Assembly: GCA_964392455.1 (NCBI GenBank) | Contig: CAYMPG010000006.1 | Span: 3,131 to 67,130 of the forward strand | Direction of reading: 5' to 3' | From: an uncultured Clostridium sp. | GTDB taxonomy: Bacteria; Bacillota; Clostridia; Christensenellales; CAG-138 | DNA length: 64,000 nucleotides | Shown: in pieces, positions 1 through 8,895 of the stretch | Layout of the letters: every line of letters begins with the position of its first letter | Numbering within the stretch: position 1 is the first letter of the stretch | The notes under the pieces: model-generated | Told to the model about the DNA's origin: nothing | Database searches by the model: none | Seen by the model: the letters and a program-made list of their open reading frames with translations, nothing else | Made by a program: the position numbers and the translations under genes

Positions 1-755
1 ATGCTGCGGAGGGCGTGGCAGCTCAGGGCCTTACCGCCGAGCAGCCCATGTACATATGGCGCACCCTTGAAAACGTAACTATACCATCAAAATACGCAGA
101 GACCACCCTGGATTATCATGGGGAAACGGTAGCTGCGGCGACGGTTGCAGATTCTGATGCGCCGGTGCTGCTGTATCTTTCGGATGAAAGTGGCGAGGCA
201 GGCGGCTATTACATATATGATGCTGAAAAGGATACCCTTTATCCATATCAGACGGTGAATTCCGTATCAAAGTCATATATACTGCTCCAGCCCGATGGCA
301 GCGTGGAGCTGCCCGCAGGCTTCAGCGAGACTACCATAACCATTGACGAAAAGACCGTTACCGCATGGGTATCTCAGGATGCTCAGGGCGATATATACCT
401 GCTTTATGCCCGCAATCCAAGCGGCGAGGTGGGGTATTACCTTTACAATCCTCAGGATGAATCCCTGCAGCGGTATGCTGTAATGCCGGCCCGTCCTGCT
501 GAGCCTACTCTGCCTGTGGAGGAGGAGCTGCCCATAGATGAACCCGCAGCAGAGGATGCACAGAATAGTGATGGCATAATGCTGAGCAGGCCGGTATTTT
601 ACGCCATATGCGGCGTTGGCGCAGCCCTTGTGATAGCGATTATCGTTATGGTCGTATCCAATGCCCGGGAAAAGGCAAGGCGCAAGCGCCGTGCAGAGCA
701 GCGCCGGGCCGAGCGCAAGAGAATGATTGCCGAGGAGACCGAGGAAAAGGCATAA
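1..755 (+). CDS. Membrane-anchored protein of unknown function; 5' end probably lies outside the window
   Basis: ORF 15..755 has no in-frame stop back to base 3, so it likely continues upstream. It contains two similar segments (VLLYLSDESGEAGGYYIYDAEKDTLYPY and IYLLYARNPSGEVGYYLYNPQDESLQRY). A C-terminal hydrophobic helix (VFYAICGVGAALVIAIIVMVV) is followed by a K/R/E-rich tail. TAA stop. Confidence 0.6.
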   Translation, partial: AAEGVAAQGLTAEQPMYIWRTLENVTIPSKYAETTLDYHGETVAAATVADSDAPVLLYLSDESGEAGGYYIYDAEKDTLYPYQTVNSVSKSYILLQPDGSVELPAGFSETTITIDEKTVTAWVSQDAQGDIYLLYARNPSGEVGYYLYNPQDESLQRYAVMPARPAEPTLPVEEELPIDEPAAEDAQNSDGIMLSRPVFYAICGVGAALVIAIIVMVVSNAREKARRKRRAEQRRAERKRMIAEETEEKA

Positions 756-763
756 ATAAAAAA

Positions 764-822
764 GGCCGGATGCATCCGGCAGCGTATATGCACCGGGGAG
801 AGCGCAGCTTCCCCGGTGCATT
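764..822. terminator. Two adjacent hairpins between convergent genes
   Basis: GCCGGA-TGCA-TCCGGC (765..780) is preceded by an A-run, which is a T-run on the minus strand, so it suits the minus-strand LysM gene. GCACCGGGGA...TCCCCGGTGC (about 790..819) suits the plus-strand gene. Confidence 0.5.
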
Positions 823-838
823 TGCATAAAATACCTTG

Positions 839-1927
839 TCAGCATGATTTTTCAGGCTCAAACATATCGCTGAGAAGTATCCAGCCGGGGCGGTACAGGG
901 GCGCCATATTGCAAAAGCTCACGCCGCCAAGCTGGTATTTTTCCACCAGCTCAAGCCGGGCGCATATGCTCCTCGGGTCGTGAAACCATACCATGCGCTC
1001 AGTGCCTGAGCTGTCATAATAGCTGAAGTGAGATGCCTGAACAGTATGGTCGTAACGGATGTCTGCAAAGTGGCTGAATGCAAGGGAGGGGGCCTGGCAG
1101 GGATATACGGTGCGTGGCAGGGCTCCGCAGCAGGGAAGCTGCCAGCTATAGCCATGGGAGGAAATGGAGAGGAGCAGCTTTTCTACAGGAATAGCCTTGG
1201 CTGCACACTCAAGTATGGAGCTTATGGCGGCTATGGAGCGCGGGGGAACAGGGGCGGCGGAGGGCGGCGCCCCATCCTCAGGCCGGAGTATAATGCCACC
1301 GGCCCATTCATGCAGGACGAAAAGGCTCTGCTCTGCGCCGTAAAGCGTTACCATTAACAGCAGACCTTCCTCCCGGAAAATATGACCAATGCGGCGAATA
1401 AGGGCGCAGCAGGCCTCTGCATCATGGGGAGATACACTGCCAAGGCATATATTTGCCCCACGGTAATTTCTGCCGGATATGCGCTGCAATAGCTGGGCTA
1501 TAAGGGCTTCCTGCGCTGAAGCATCATTAAGCAGGGCGTGGAGCGTCCCCGGCCTTTCTGTATCCTCCCGGGCTGACAGACCCAGCAGTGGCACAACGCC
1601 ACAGCCAGCCGCCCGCTGCAGGAGAGGAATGTCATTCAAGCCGGTAATGGAGCCGTCAGCCTGTATTCGGCAGCCCACCACTGAAAAGCAGGAAAGATAG
1701 GGCGACGCCCCCATCAGGGTCGCTTCACCTGAGCCCGGCATAGCGCACCCGTGAATCGTGATGGGCCGCCTTGGCCTATCGTGTGTATCCGGGATAATGA
1801 GAGCCTGGCCCACCATCGGCCTGATGTGAGGGTCAAGCTGATTCATGGTGGAGAGTGAGGCGGGGGATATACCATGGGCCTCCGCTATGGAGCTGAGACT
1901 ATCGCCATATTTTACGGTATAAAGCAT
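839..1927 (-). CDS. LysM domain plus GH18-like (YaaH/SleL-like) spore peptidoglycan hydrolase homologue
   Basis: ATG at 1927 follows GGAGG with a 9-nt spacer. The TTG-initiated extension to 1981 adds only a non-homologous leader. N-terminal LysM (YTVKYGDSLSSIAEAHGISPASLSTMNQL..GQALIIP) is followed by GH18-like blocks (GYSWQL, VWFHDPRSI, KYQLGGVSF). The expected D-x-E catalytic block reads GANICLGSV in my by-eye alignment. Confidence 0.7.
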   Translation of the reverse strand: MLYTVKYGDSLSSIAEAHGISPASLSTMNQLDPHIRPMVGQALIIPDTHDRPRRPITIHGCAMPGSGEATLMGASPYLSCFSVVGCRIQADGSITGLNDIPLLQRAAGCGVVPLLGLSAREDTERPGTLHALLNDASAQEALIAQLLQRISGRNYRGANICLGSVSPHDAEACCALIRRIGHIFREEGLLLMVTLYGAEQSLFVLHEWAGGIILRPEDGAPPSAAPVPPRSIAAISSILECAAKAIPVEKLLLSISSHGYSWQLPCCGALPRTVYPCQAPSLAFSHFADIRYDHTVQASHFSYYDSSGTERMVWFHDPRSICARLELVEKYQLGGVSFCNMAPLYRPGWILLSDMFEPEKSC

Positions 1928-2002
1928 AAAAAAAGGCCTCCGTGCAAAAGTATGTATTATAACCTTATGCAGGAGGGCCAAGCTGAATTACCGTATTTTT
2001 GC

Positions 2003-2368
2003 TTACTTTACAGTAAGCCCAAAGCAGCAGTTGCCGCCTATAAAGCCGCCGCTTTCATCCAGAGTGCCGTAGGGCTCAAGCTCAGGCATCTTGGCAAGGC
2101 GGTTGTTTTCTATTATGGGAAGCTCATCTGCAAGCAGGGAGCAGAATTCGGCATTTGCAAGTATGCGCCGGTGTACATTTCGCATAAAGCTGAGCCCGCC
2201 GCCCATTATGGCGATGATATACATATCCTCAACTATGCCTCCGGAGAGGGTAAGGCCGTAAATATCAGGCTGGGTAAAGCTGTTCAGAAATAACCTCATG
2301 CAATCCTTCTGGGAGATGAGCTTTTCGGCGGGGATACGCATGCCCAGGGCAAAGCGTTCTATGTACAT
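2003..2368 (-). CDS. Hypothetical protein (121 aa)
   Basis: Clean ORF with TAA stop, co-directional with and 75 nt upstream of the LysM gene. I recognise no family signature. Confidence 0.45.
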   Translation of the reverse strand: MYIERFALGMRIPAEKLISQKDCMRLFLNSFTQPDIYGLTLSGGIVEDMYIIAIMGGGLSFMRNVHRRILANAEFCSLLADELPIIENNRLAKMPELEPYGTLDESGGFIGGNCCFGLTVK

Positions 2369-2540
2369 GGCGTAAGGTGTCCTTTCGGCTGGATGATTTT
2401 TCTTGATACTGTAATTATCCCATAAACCGCCTCCCGCCGCAATAGGCAGGATACTTGCATGAGCTTTTATAATGGCTTTGTATGAAGGGGGTGTGTATGG
2501 TATAATCCATACATTGGCAAAACCATTGGAGGTATGGCAT

Positions 2541-3419
2541 ATGTACGAATTGATACAGGTGTCCGGCGGCAGCTACTATATACAGAGCCCTGCGAAGATA
2601 GGCCTTGTAAAGCTCAACGATACTGACGTATGTCTTATCGACAGCGGAAATGATAAGGAGGCCGGCCGCAAGGTGCGGCAGATACTGGATGGAAATGGGT
2701 GGCGGCTCAGGGCCATATACAATACCCATTCAAATGCAGACCATATTGGCGGCAATAAATACCTTCAGGCCCAGACGGGCTGTGCCATATATGCCCCGGG
2801 CATAGAGTGCGATTTTACCAACCATCCCCTGCTGGAGCCCTCCTTCCTGTATGGCGGGTATCCCTGCAGGGAGCTAAGGCATAAGTTTCTTATGGCCCAG
2901 GAGAGCTGCGCCCAGCCCCTTACGGCGGAAACGCTGCCGGAGGGCTTTGAGATAATACCGCTGCCCGGGCATTTTTTTGACATGGTGGGCTTTCGCACGG
3001 CGGATGATGTGGTATACCTTGCGGATTGCCTTTCCAGCCGAGAAACGCTGGATAAATATAAAATTGGCTTCATTTACGACGTGGGCGCCTATATAAATAC
3101 ACTGGAAATGGTGAAAACGCTGACCGGCAGAGTATTTGTACCTGCCCATGCAGAGGCCAGAGAGGATGTATCGGAGCTGGCCCAGTATAATATAGACAGC
3201 GTTCTTTATATAGGAGAGAAGATAGCCCAGATGTGCTCTGAGCCTGTAAGCTTTGAAGGTATACTTCAAAGGGTGTTTACAGAATTCGGCCTTACCATGA
3301 CCTTTGAGCAGCATGCGCTCATAGGCAGCACCGTGCGCTCATATCTCTCCTGGCTGAAGGATCAGGGCAGGGTGAGTGCGGTGTTTGATAAGAACATAAT
3401 GCTGTGGTCAAAAAACTGA
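2541..3419 (+). CDS. MBL-fold metallo-hydrolase
   Basis: ATG at 2541 follows GGAGG with an 8-nt spacer. Metallo-beta-lactamase motif region YNTHSNADHIGGN, a variant H-x-N-x-D-H of HxHxDH. The longer ORF from 2472 lacks an SD. Confidence 0.75.
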   Translation: MYELIQVSGGSYYIQSPAKIGLVKLNDTDVCLIDSGNDKEAGRKVRQILDGNGWRLRAIYNTHSNADHIGGNKYLQAQTGCAIYAPGIECDFTNHPLLEPSFLYGGYPCRELRHKFLMAQESCAQPLTAETLPEGFEIIPLPGHFFDMVGFRTADDVVYLADCLSSRETLDKYKIGFIYDVGAYINTLEMVKTLTGRVFVPAHAEAREDVSELAQYNIDSVLYIGEKIAQMCSEPVSFEGILQRVFTEFGLTMTFEQHALIGSTVRSYLSWLKDQGRVSAVFDKNIMLWSKN

Positions 3420-3451
3420 CCGGGCGTTAAAAAAGCTTAGGAGATCATAAA

Positions 3452-4285
3452 ATGGGAAAATACGATGGCATATACCTGTATGCCGATATGGATGGGACTC
3501 TGCTGAAGGATGATAAGACCATACCCGAGGCCAACCTTATCGCCCTGGAAAGGTTTACCGCCGAGGGAGGGCGCTTTGGGGTGGCCACAGGCCGCTCGCC
3601 CCATAACTTTTCGTTTTTCGGGGAGGTGCTTCCGCTGAATGCCCCATCAATACTGGATAACGGCGGAGCGCTGTACGATGTGAAAAACGAAAGATTTATC
3701 GAGTGCGCTTATATTCCGAGAGAGCGTAGCCTGAATATAGTACATAAAATACTTCATATCAGCCCAATGGCCAGCGTACAGGTGTACACCTGCGATGCAA
3801 GGTATCAGGTGAATCCCAATAAGGGCCACTATGATGACCCCCTTATAGTAGTAGAGAATATACATGAGCCCTTTATCAGGGCTGAGGATATTCAGGGGAA
3901 ATGGATAAAGATAGTGGTATGCGAGCCTGAGGAGCGGCTGATGGATACCTTGAATAAGCTGGAGCCTGAGACGCTGGAGGATGAATACTCCATAGTCCTT
4001 TCAGGGAAGCTGTATTTTGAGCTGCTGCACAGGGGCACCAGCAAGGGAGCGGGTATAGCCGCAGTTAGGCGGAATGAGGGCGGTATAAAAAAGATACTTG
4101 CAATAGGGGATTATTATAACGATACTGAGATGCTTGAACAGGCGGATGTGTCCGGCGCTCCGGTAAACGCAGAGCAGGCCATAAGGGACATTGCAGACCA
4201 TATCACCTGCGACAATAATCAGGGCTGCGTTGCGGATTTTCTGCGCCTTGCCCTGGGAATGGAAATACAGCAAAAAGGAGAATAA
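3452..4285 (+). CDS. HAD-IIB (Cof-type) phosphatase
   Basis: HAD motif I DMDGTLL near the N-terminus, GRSP motif II region, and C-terminal GDYYNDTEM (motif IV-like GDxxND). SD AGGAG lies upstream. Confidence 0.8.
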   Translation: MGKYDGIYLYADMDGTLLKDDKTIPEANLIALERFTAEGGRFGVATGRSPHNFSFFGEVLPLNAPSILDNGGALYDVKNERFIECAYIPRERSLNIVHKILHISPMASVQVYTCDARYQVNPNKGHYDDPLIVVENIHEPFIRAEDIQGKWIKIVVCEPEERLMDTLNKLEPETLEDEYSIVLSGKLYFELLHRGTSKGAGIAAVRRNEGGIKKILAIGDYYNDTEMLEQADVSGAPVNAEQAIRDIADHITCDNNQGCVADFLRLALGMEIQQKGE

Positions 4286-4288
4286 ACT

Positions 4289-4969
4289 ATGCCTACCCTT
4301 ACCATTGAACACCACGCCATACTTTTTGCGCTGCTTTCCAGGCAGGCCATTACGCTGTTTGGCGATGAGGGAAAGGAGGCCATACTTAAGGCCATGACAC
4401 GCTATGGCAATGAGCGGGGTCAGAGAATGGCAAAAAATGCCCTTGCAAATGGCGATGAGCTTACTCTGCTGAATAGTCAGGCCTATGGCGAATGGCAGCC
4501 GGATTATCCCGGTCAGATGGAATTTGGCGCCATATGCGCTCAGCCCACCTACAGGAGCTATATTGCAAAATGCGCCTGGTGCGATGCCTGGGCAAAGCAC
4601 GGCCTTACGGAATACGGCAGGTATTATTGCTGCAATATAGATAATGCCTGGTATAATGGGTTTAATCCGGAATTCACCTGCACGCCTCTAAATCCTGCCA
4701 TGAGCTGGGGCGGTGATTGCTGCCGCTTTGACTGGGGACAGCCCCTGAATGACGATGATATAGCAGCTCTTGCAGAGAAGAAAAAGGAGCTTGGCACCAG
4801 CTGCATGAAGAATTTCAATTTCCATACTGCCCACATACTTCATACCGTGAGCCGCACTCTCATAGAGGAGCTGGGCGAGGGGGCGCAAAGGGCAATAGAT
4901 GGGGCAAAGAGGGAATACATGGAAAAGTTTGGCCCGGAATACCTGAGCTGCCTCGAGGGCATATTTTAG
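4289..4969 (+). CDS. Cys-rich protein, probably L-2-amino-thiazoline-4-carboxylic acid hydrolase family (ATC_hydrolase-like)
   Basis: Begins 3 nt after the HAD stop. The block CAWCDAWAKHGLTEYGRYYCCNIDNAWYNGFNPEF...GGDCCRFDW resembles the family as I remember it. TAG stop. Confidence 0.5.
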   Translation: MPTLTIEHHAILFALLSRQAITLFGDEGKEAILKAMTRYGNERGQRMAKNALANGDELTLLNSQAYGEWQPDYPGQMEFGAICAQPTYRSYIAKCAWCDAWAKHGLTEYGRYYCCNIDNAWYNGFNPEFTCTPLNPAMSWGGDCCRFDWGQPLNDDDIAALAEKKKELGTSCMKNFNFHTAHILHTVSRTLIEELGEGAQRAIDGAKREYMEKFGPEYLSCLEGIF

Positions 4970-4990
4970 GGAGATACCACTGAATCAAAA

Positions 4991-5022
4991 AAGTGCATCC
5001 TTTGCTTTAGGGATGCACTTTT
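4991..5022. terminator. Bidirectional intrinsic terminator
   Basis: AAGTGCATCC (4991..5000) pairs with GGATGCACTT (5011..5020). An A-run lies upstream and a T-run downstream. It sits between convergent genes. Confidence 0.6.
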
Positions 5023-5064
5023 GTGCTTTAAGGGGTTTTGATAGGGCTTACCTTTATGCGTGCA

Positions 5065-5787
5065 TCAGGAAAGCCCGGCGGCAAAGAGCTGCACCACATA
5101 TATTTCATCACCCTGTGCAGCGTAGCCGATGCACATATGGGTATAGCCCTCCCTCAGTATGTTTTCCCGGTGGCCGGGGGAGGCCAGCCATTGCTCGGTA
5201 ACGTATTCTGCGGATATGCTGTCCAACCCGCTGGAGGCAAATATGTTTTCACCGAAGGCGGTAAAGGCTATGCCCCTTTCGGTAAGGGCGGTGTATGCAT
5301 TTGAGCCGTCCGGCCGGGTATGGGAGAAGGAAGAAGCACATTCCTTCGCCCGGGTATTTGCCGCCTTTTGCATGGCGGAGGAATACTCAAGGGTGCTTAC
5401 CCCTGCGGCGCTTCGGTAGGAATTCACCAGGGCAAGCACTCCGCTGCCGAGGTCTGTATCAGCAGCCCGTTCAGGCTCAGCGGTAGCTATGGGCGTAGCT
5501 GTGGCAACAGGTGTGGCTATAGGGGAAGGCTTTGCCGTGGGGGTGGCTTCGGGCGCTGCTGCGGCCTCCGGTGTAGTGGCGGGGGCGGCGGTGGGTACGC
5601 TGGCCGTGGAAGCGGGCTCAGGTATGGCCGTGGAAGCGGGCTCAGGTATGGCCGTGGCGGCCACAGGCGTTATGACGGGCTCAGGAGTATTGTCCAGAGC
5701 TACGGAGATTACCGGCTCGCTGGGAGCGGCGCAGCCTGTGAGCATTATGAGCATGGCTATTATGATGATAAAAAGCTTGTTATTCAT
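5065..5787 (-). CDS. CAP/SCP (PR-1-like) domain lipoprotein with Pro/Thr/Ala-rich linker
   Basis: Lipobox MLTGC. Low-complexity linker with repeated AIPEPAST. C-terminal CAP domain (LVNSYRSAAGVSTLEYSSAMQKAANTRAKECA...FSHTRPDGS...GENI..WLASPGHRENIL). Confidence 0.8.
   Translation of the reverse strand: MNNKLFIIIIAMLIMLTGCAAPSEPVISVALDNTPEPVITPVAATAIPEPASTAIPEPASTASVPTAAPATTPEAAAAPEATPTAKPSPIATPVATATPIATAEPERAADTDLGSGVLALVNSYRSAAGVSTLEYSSAMQKAANTRAKECASSFSHTRPDGSNAYTALTERGIAFTAFGENIFASSGLDSISAEYVTEQWLASPGHRENILREGYTHMCIGYAAQGDEIYVVQLFAAGLS
5602..5657. repeat. Perfect 24-bp tandem repeat, about 2.3 copies, inside the CAP gene linker
   Basis: GGCCGTGGAAGCGGGCTCAGGTAT occurs at 5602..5625 and 5626..5649, then GGCCGTGG follows. 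It is in frame and encodes the AIPEPAST duplication on the minus strand. Confidence 0.9.
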
Positions 5788-5851
5788 ACATCCATTTTAT
5801 AGCGTAGCCGCAAATAATGCAAAAGGTATGTGTGTGCTGAGTCCGGATGAG

Positions 5852-6625
5852 CTATACGTATTTTCGCATATGCTTCAGGGCGCTCTTTTCCAGACGGGAT
5901 ACCTGGGCCTGGCTGATGCCTATCTCGTCTGCCACTTCCATCTGGGTGCGTCCCTGGAAAAAGCGCAGGCGTATTATGCTCTGCTCCCGCTCGCTGAGCC
6001 TCTCCATGCCGCTCTGTATGGCAACGTGGGTGAGCCAGTCCTCATCATTTGTGTGCTCGTCCCTTAGCTGATCCATCACATATATCTCATCGCCGTCATC
6101 ATGGTATATGGGCTCATACAGGGAAACGGGATCCTGTATTGCATCCAGCGCAAAGGCCACTTCCTCCTCCTTTATGCCCATGGCCTTGGCTATGCTGCTT
6201 ATATGGGGCTCCTGCCCGGTTTCATCCATGAGGCGGGCTCTGGTTTGCAGGGCATGGTATGCCGTATCCCGTATGGAGCGGCTCACCCTCAGCGCATTGT
6301 TATCCCTTAGATGCCGCCGTATCTCGCCTATTATCATGGGTACAGCGTAGGTGGAAAAGCGTACATTGTGTCCCAGGTCAAAGTTATCTATGGCCTTTAT
6401 GAGACCTATGCAGCCCACCTGAAAAAGGTCATCCATATATTCTCTACGGCCGGAAAAGCGCTGTATCACGCTGAGCACAAGGCGGAGGTTTTCCCGGATA
6501 AAGGTCTCACGGGCCTCCTGATTGCCTGACTTTATCTTAAGCAGCAGCTCACGGCTGCGCTCATAGGTCATCATGGGAAGCTTTGAAGTATCCAGCCCGC
6601 ATATTTCCACCTTGTTTATAGCCAT
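5852..6625 (-). CDS. sigG: Sporulation sigma factor SigG
   Basis: MAINKVEICGLDTSKLP...NLRLVLSVIQRFSGRREYMDDLFQVGCIGLIKAIDNFDLGHNVRFSTYAVPMIIGEIRRHLRDNNALRVSRS is near-colinear with B. subtilis SigG (NKVEICGVDTSKLP...). SD GGGAGG upstream. TAG stop. Confidence 0.9.
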   Translation of the reverse strand: MAINKVEICGLDTSKLPMMTYERSRELLLKIKSGNQEARETFIRENLRLVLSVIQRFSGRREYMDDLFQVGCIGLIKAIDNFDLGHNVRFSTYAVPMIIGEIRRHLRDNNALRVSRSIRDTAYHALQTRARLMDETGQEPHISSIAKAMGIKEEEVAFALDAIQDPVSLYEPIYHDDGDEIYVMDQLRDEHTNDEDWLTHVAIQSGMERLSEREQSIIRLRFFQGRTQMEVADEIGISQAQVSRLEKSALKHMRKYV

Positions 6626-6827
6626 CTTTCAATACCTCCCAGCAGCATTTCATTTGTTAAAAATAGGATTGCCTGAGCTGCTGAAATCAATGCCTGACAA
6701 AAAAGCGGAATAATGCGGAAAGACAGCATAAAGGGGATACGCCCGCAATGTTAATGGTATGTTCAAAAAGGCCGTATTGAGAAGCCGTGGGGGAGATGGT
6801 ATAATTTGCAAAAAACGGAGGTGGGAT

Positions 6828-7652
6828 ATGAAGAATATGCTTTTCATTGCGGCAGCGCTGCTGATGCTGTGCCTGAGCGGCTGCCAGGCCGCCCCCGATG
6901 AGGATGATATGGTGATAACCTGCTTTGACGTGGGTCAGGCAGACAGCTTTCTTATACAATGCGGCGGAAAAACCATGCTGATGGATGCCGGTACCACAAG
7001 CGACGGCGCAGTGGTGGCAGAGAAACTTGAGGATATGGGCATAAGCTCCATAGATTACCTGATGGTCACCCACTTTGACAAGGACCATGTGGGCGGGGCC
7101 GCTCAGATAATAAGAGAATTTGACGTGGACACGGTGCTGCGCCCGGTATATATGAAGGAATCAAAGCAGGTAACAGCCTATATTCAGGAGCTTGAGAAAA
7201 AAACAGGCGCCGTAGAGGAGGTAATACTGCGGGATGCTTACCGCATTGACCTTGGCAGTGCCTCCATGGTGATACACCCTGCTGCACAGGAGCTTTATGA
7301 AAAGGACCCCAGCAACAATTCCTCCCTGGTCACTGAGATATTCCATGGCAGCAACAGCCTGCTGTTTACAGGGGATGTGGAAAAGGAAAGGATAAAGGAG
7401 CTGCTTGAGGAGGAGTTTGCCTGGGGATATGATTTTCTGAAGGTGCCACACCACGGCAAGCATGAGAAGATACTTGGTGAGTTTTTTGAAAAGGTGGGGG
7501 CAGAGAGCGCCGTTATAACCTGCTCAAATAAGAACCCCGAGGAGGCTGAGACCCTTACTCTATTGGAAGCTGCGGGCACTGAATACTTCCTTACCAGAAA
7601 GGGCTCTGTGCGTATCCTCAGCAATGGGGAGCAGCTCAGCGTGGAGCAATAA
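6828..7652 (+). CDS. ComEC C-terminal-like MBL-fold lipoprotein
   Basis: ATG at 6828 follows GGAGGTGGG. Lipobox LSGC. Motif VTHFDKDHVGG and distal VPHHG are typical of the ComEC/Rec2-related MBL domain. A TGgTATAAT-like extended -10 lies about 25 nt upstream. Confidence 0.7.
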   Translation: MKNMLFIAAALLMLCLSGCQAAPDEDDMVITCFDVGQADSFLIQCGGKTMLMDAGTTSDGAVVAEKLEDMGISSIDYLMVTHFDKDHVGGAAQIIREFDVDTVLRPVYMKESKQVTAYIQELEKKTGAVEEVILRDAYRIDLGSASMVIHPAAQELYEKDPSNNSSLVTEIFHGSNSLLFTGDVEKERIKELLEEEFAWGYDFLKVPHHGKHEKILGEFFEKVGAESAVITCSNKNPEEAETLTLLEAAGTEYFLTRKGSVRILSNGEQLSVEQ

Positions 7653-7681
7653 AAAATGTTGAAATCAGGCGGTTTTTTCTG

Positions 7682-7710
7682 TTGACAGGCCGCCTTTTTA
7701 GTGGTAACAT
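7682..7710 (+). promoter_or_regulatory. Candidate sigmaA promoter for rplU-prp-rpmA
   Basis: TTGACA (7682..7687), 17-nt spacer, TAACAT (7705..7710). It partly overlaps a weak upstream hairpin (AGGCGG...CCGCCT plus T-run). Confidence 0.4.
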
Positions 7711-7802
7711 AGTTCGGTAAGCCGCTCCGTATCGGCTTTGTAAGTGTGGGCATTGCCCACCGCCGTGCATACGGGCGAGATTTAAAGAAGGAGGTACAGG
7801 AC
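7711..7802 (+). promoter_or_regulatory. Candidate ribosomal protein L21 leader
   Basis: About 90 nt of untranslated leader before rplU contains the hairpin GTGGGCA-TT-GCCCAC. Firmicutes commonly carry a structured L21 leader here. The class was not verified. Confidence 0.3.
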
Positions 7803-8105
7803 GTGTACGCTATCATCCGTACCGGTGGCAAGCAGTACAAGGTAGAAGCTGGTGACGAGATCCTCGTCGAAAAGCTGGATGCCGAAGTTGGTGCTGAAGT
7901 TGCTTTCGAAGTATTGATGCTTTGCGGCGACGAGGTCGTAGTTGGTAAGCCCGTAGTAGAGGGCGTTGTTGCCAAGGGCACCGTAGTCGAGCATGGTAAG
8001 GGCAAGAAGGTCGTGGTATTCCACTACAAGCCCAAGAAGAACATCCGCAAAAAGCAGGGCCATCGTCAGCCTTATACCAGGGTCAAGATTGAGACCATCG
8101 GCTAA
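7803..8105 (+). CDS. rplU: 50S ribosomal protein L21
   Basis: GTG at 7803 lies 7 nt after GAAGGAGG. Begins [25 protein letters not shown]. Confidence 0.95.
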   Translation: MYAIIRTGGKQYKVEAGDEILVEKLDAEVGAEVAFEVLMLCGDEVVVGKPVVEGVVAKGTVVEHGKGKKVVVFHYKPKKNIRKKQGHRQPYTRVKIETIG

Positions 8106-8108
8106 GCT

Positions 8109-8438
8109 ATGACGACCGTAACTCTTTTTCGAAGCGAGCAGGGCCTTGTGGGCTTTGAAGCATCCGGCCATACAGGCTATGCCGAGGAGGGCAGCGATAT
8201 AGTGTGCAGCGGAGTTTCCGCCATCACGCAGACTGCCGCCATGGGCATAATAGAGGTGCTGGGCATAAGGGCCGGGCTGGATATATCCGAGGGAAACCTT
8301 TACCTTATCCTTCCCAGCGACATTACCCCGGCAGATTTCGAAAAAGCAGGCATTATTCTGGACACAATGGCGATGGGGCTGCGCTCCATAGCCGCTACCT
8401 ATGGTGATTACATCAATATTTCAGAAAGGAAGGTGTAA
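8109..8438 (+). CDS. prp: Ribosomal-processing cysteine protease Prp
   Basis: Sits between rplU and rpmA. Contains [29 protein letters not shown], with the His/Cys dyad context of YsxB/Prp. Confidence 0.9.
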   Translation: MTTVTLFRSEQGLVGFEASGHTGYAEEGSDIVCSGVSAITQTAAMGIIEVLGIRAGLDISEGNLYLILPSDITPADFEKAGIILDTMAMGLRSIAATYGDYINISERKV

Positions 8439-8442
8439 CACG

Positions 8443-8733
8443 ATGATGAACATCAACCTGCAGCTCTTTGCTCATAAGAAGGGCGTAGGCTCTACCCGTA
8501 ACGGTCGTGACAGCGAATCCAAGCGTCTCGGACCCAAGCGCGCTGATGGTCAGTTCGTTCTGGCAGGCAATATCCTGGTTCGCCAGCGCGGTACCCACTT
8601 CCATCCCGGCACCAACGTTGGCCTGGGCAAGGATGACACTCTCTTTGCAAAGGTAGATGGTATCGTCCGCTTTGAGACCAAGCATCTTGGCCGCAAGGAA
8701 GTCAGCGTTTATGCGGAAGAAGCCGCTAACTAA
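8443..8733 (+). CDS. rpmA: 50S ribosomal protein L27 with Prp-cleaved N-terminal extension
   Basis: [33 protein letters not shown] at 8443 follows AGGAAGG. The ORF-track start at 8401 overlaps prp and is unlikely. Confidence 0.95.
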   Translation: MMNINLQLFAHKKGVGSTRNGRDSESKRLGPKRADGQFVLAGNILVRQRGTHFHPGTNVGLGKDDTLFAKVDGIVRFETKHLGRKEVSVYAEEAAN

Positions 8734-8756
8734 TCAGTTCATTCATTGACATGATA

Positions 8757-8788
8757 AGCCCGTTCCCTAAGGAGCGGGCTTGTTTTGT
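8757..8788 (+). terminator. Intrinsic terminator after rpmA
   Basis: AAGCCCGTTCC-CTAA-GGAGCGGGCTT followed by GTTTTG. Confidence 0.65.
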
Positions 8789-8895
8789 ATCGATTTGCAA
8801 AAAAATGGCTCAAAGGCTGCTTTGCCACGGTGGCTTTCAAGGAAAGCAAATGTGTAGTATAATTCAGGTAAAGCAAATAAGGCGGTAAATATACC

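Noticed and set aside
5320-6067. Plus-strand Gly/Arg- and Ala/Gly-rich ORFs (160 aa and 192 aa)
   Set aside because: They are antisense to the Pro/Thr/Ala linker of the CAP lipoprotein gene and to the 3' end of sigG. They are low-complexity mirror translation and have no start context.
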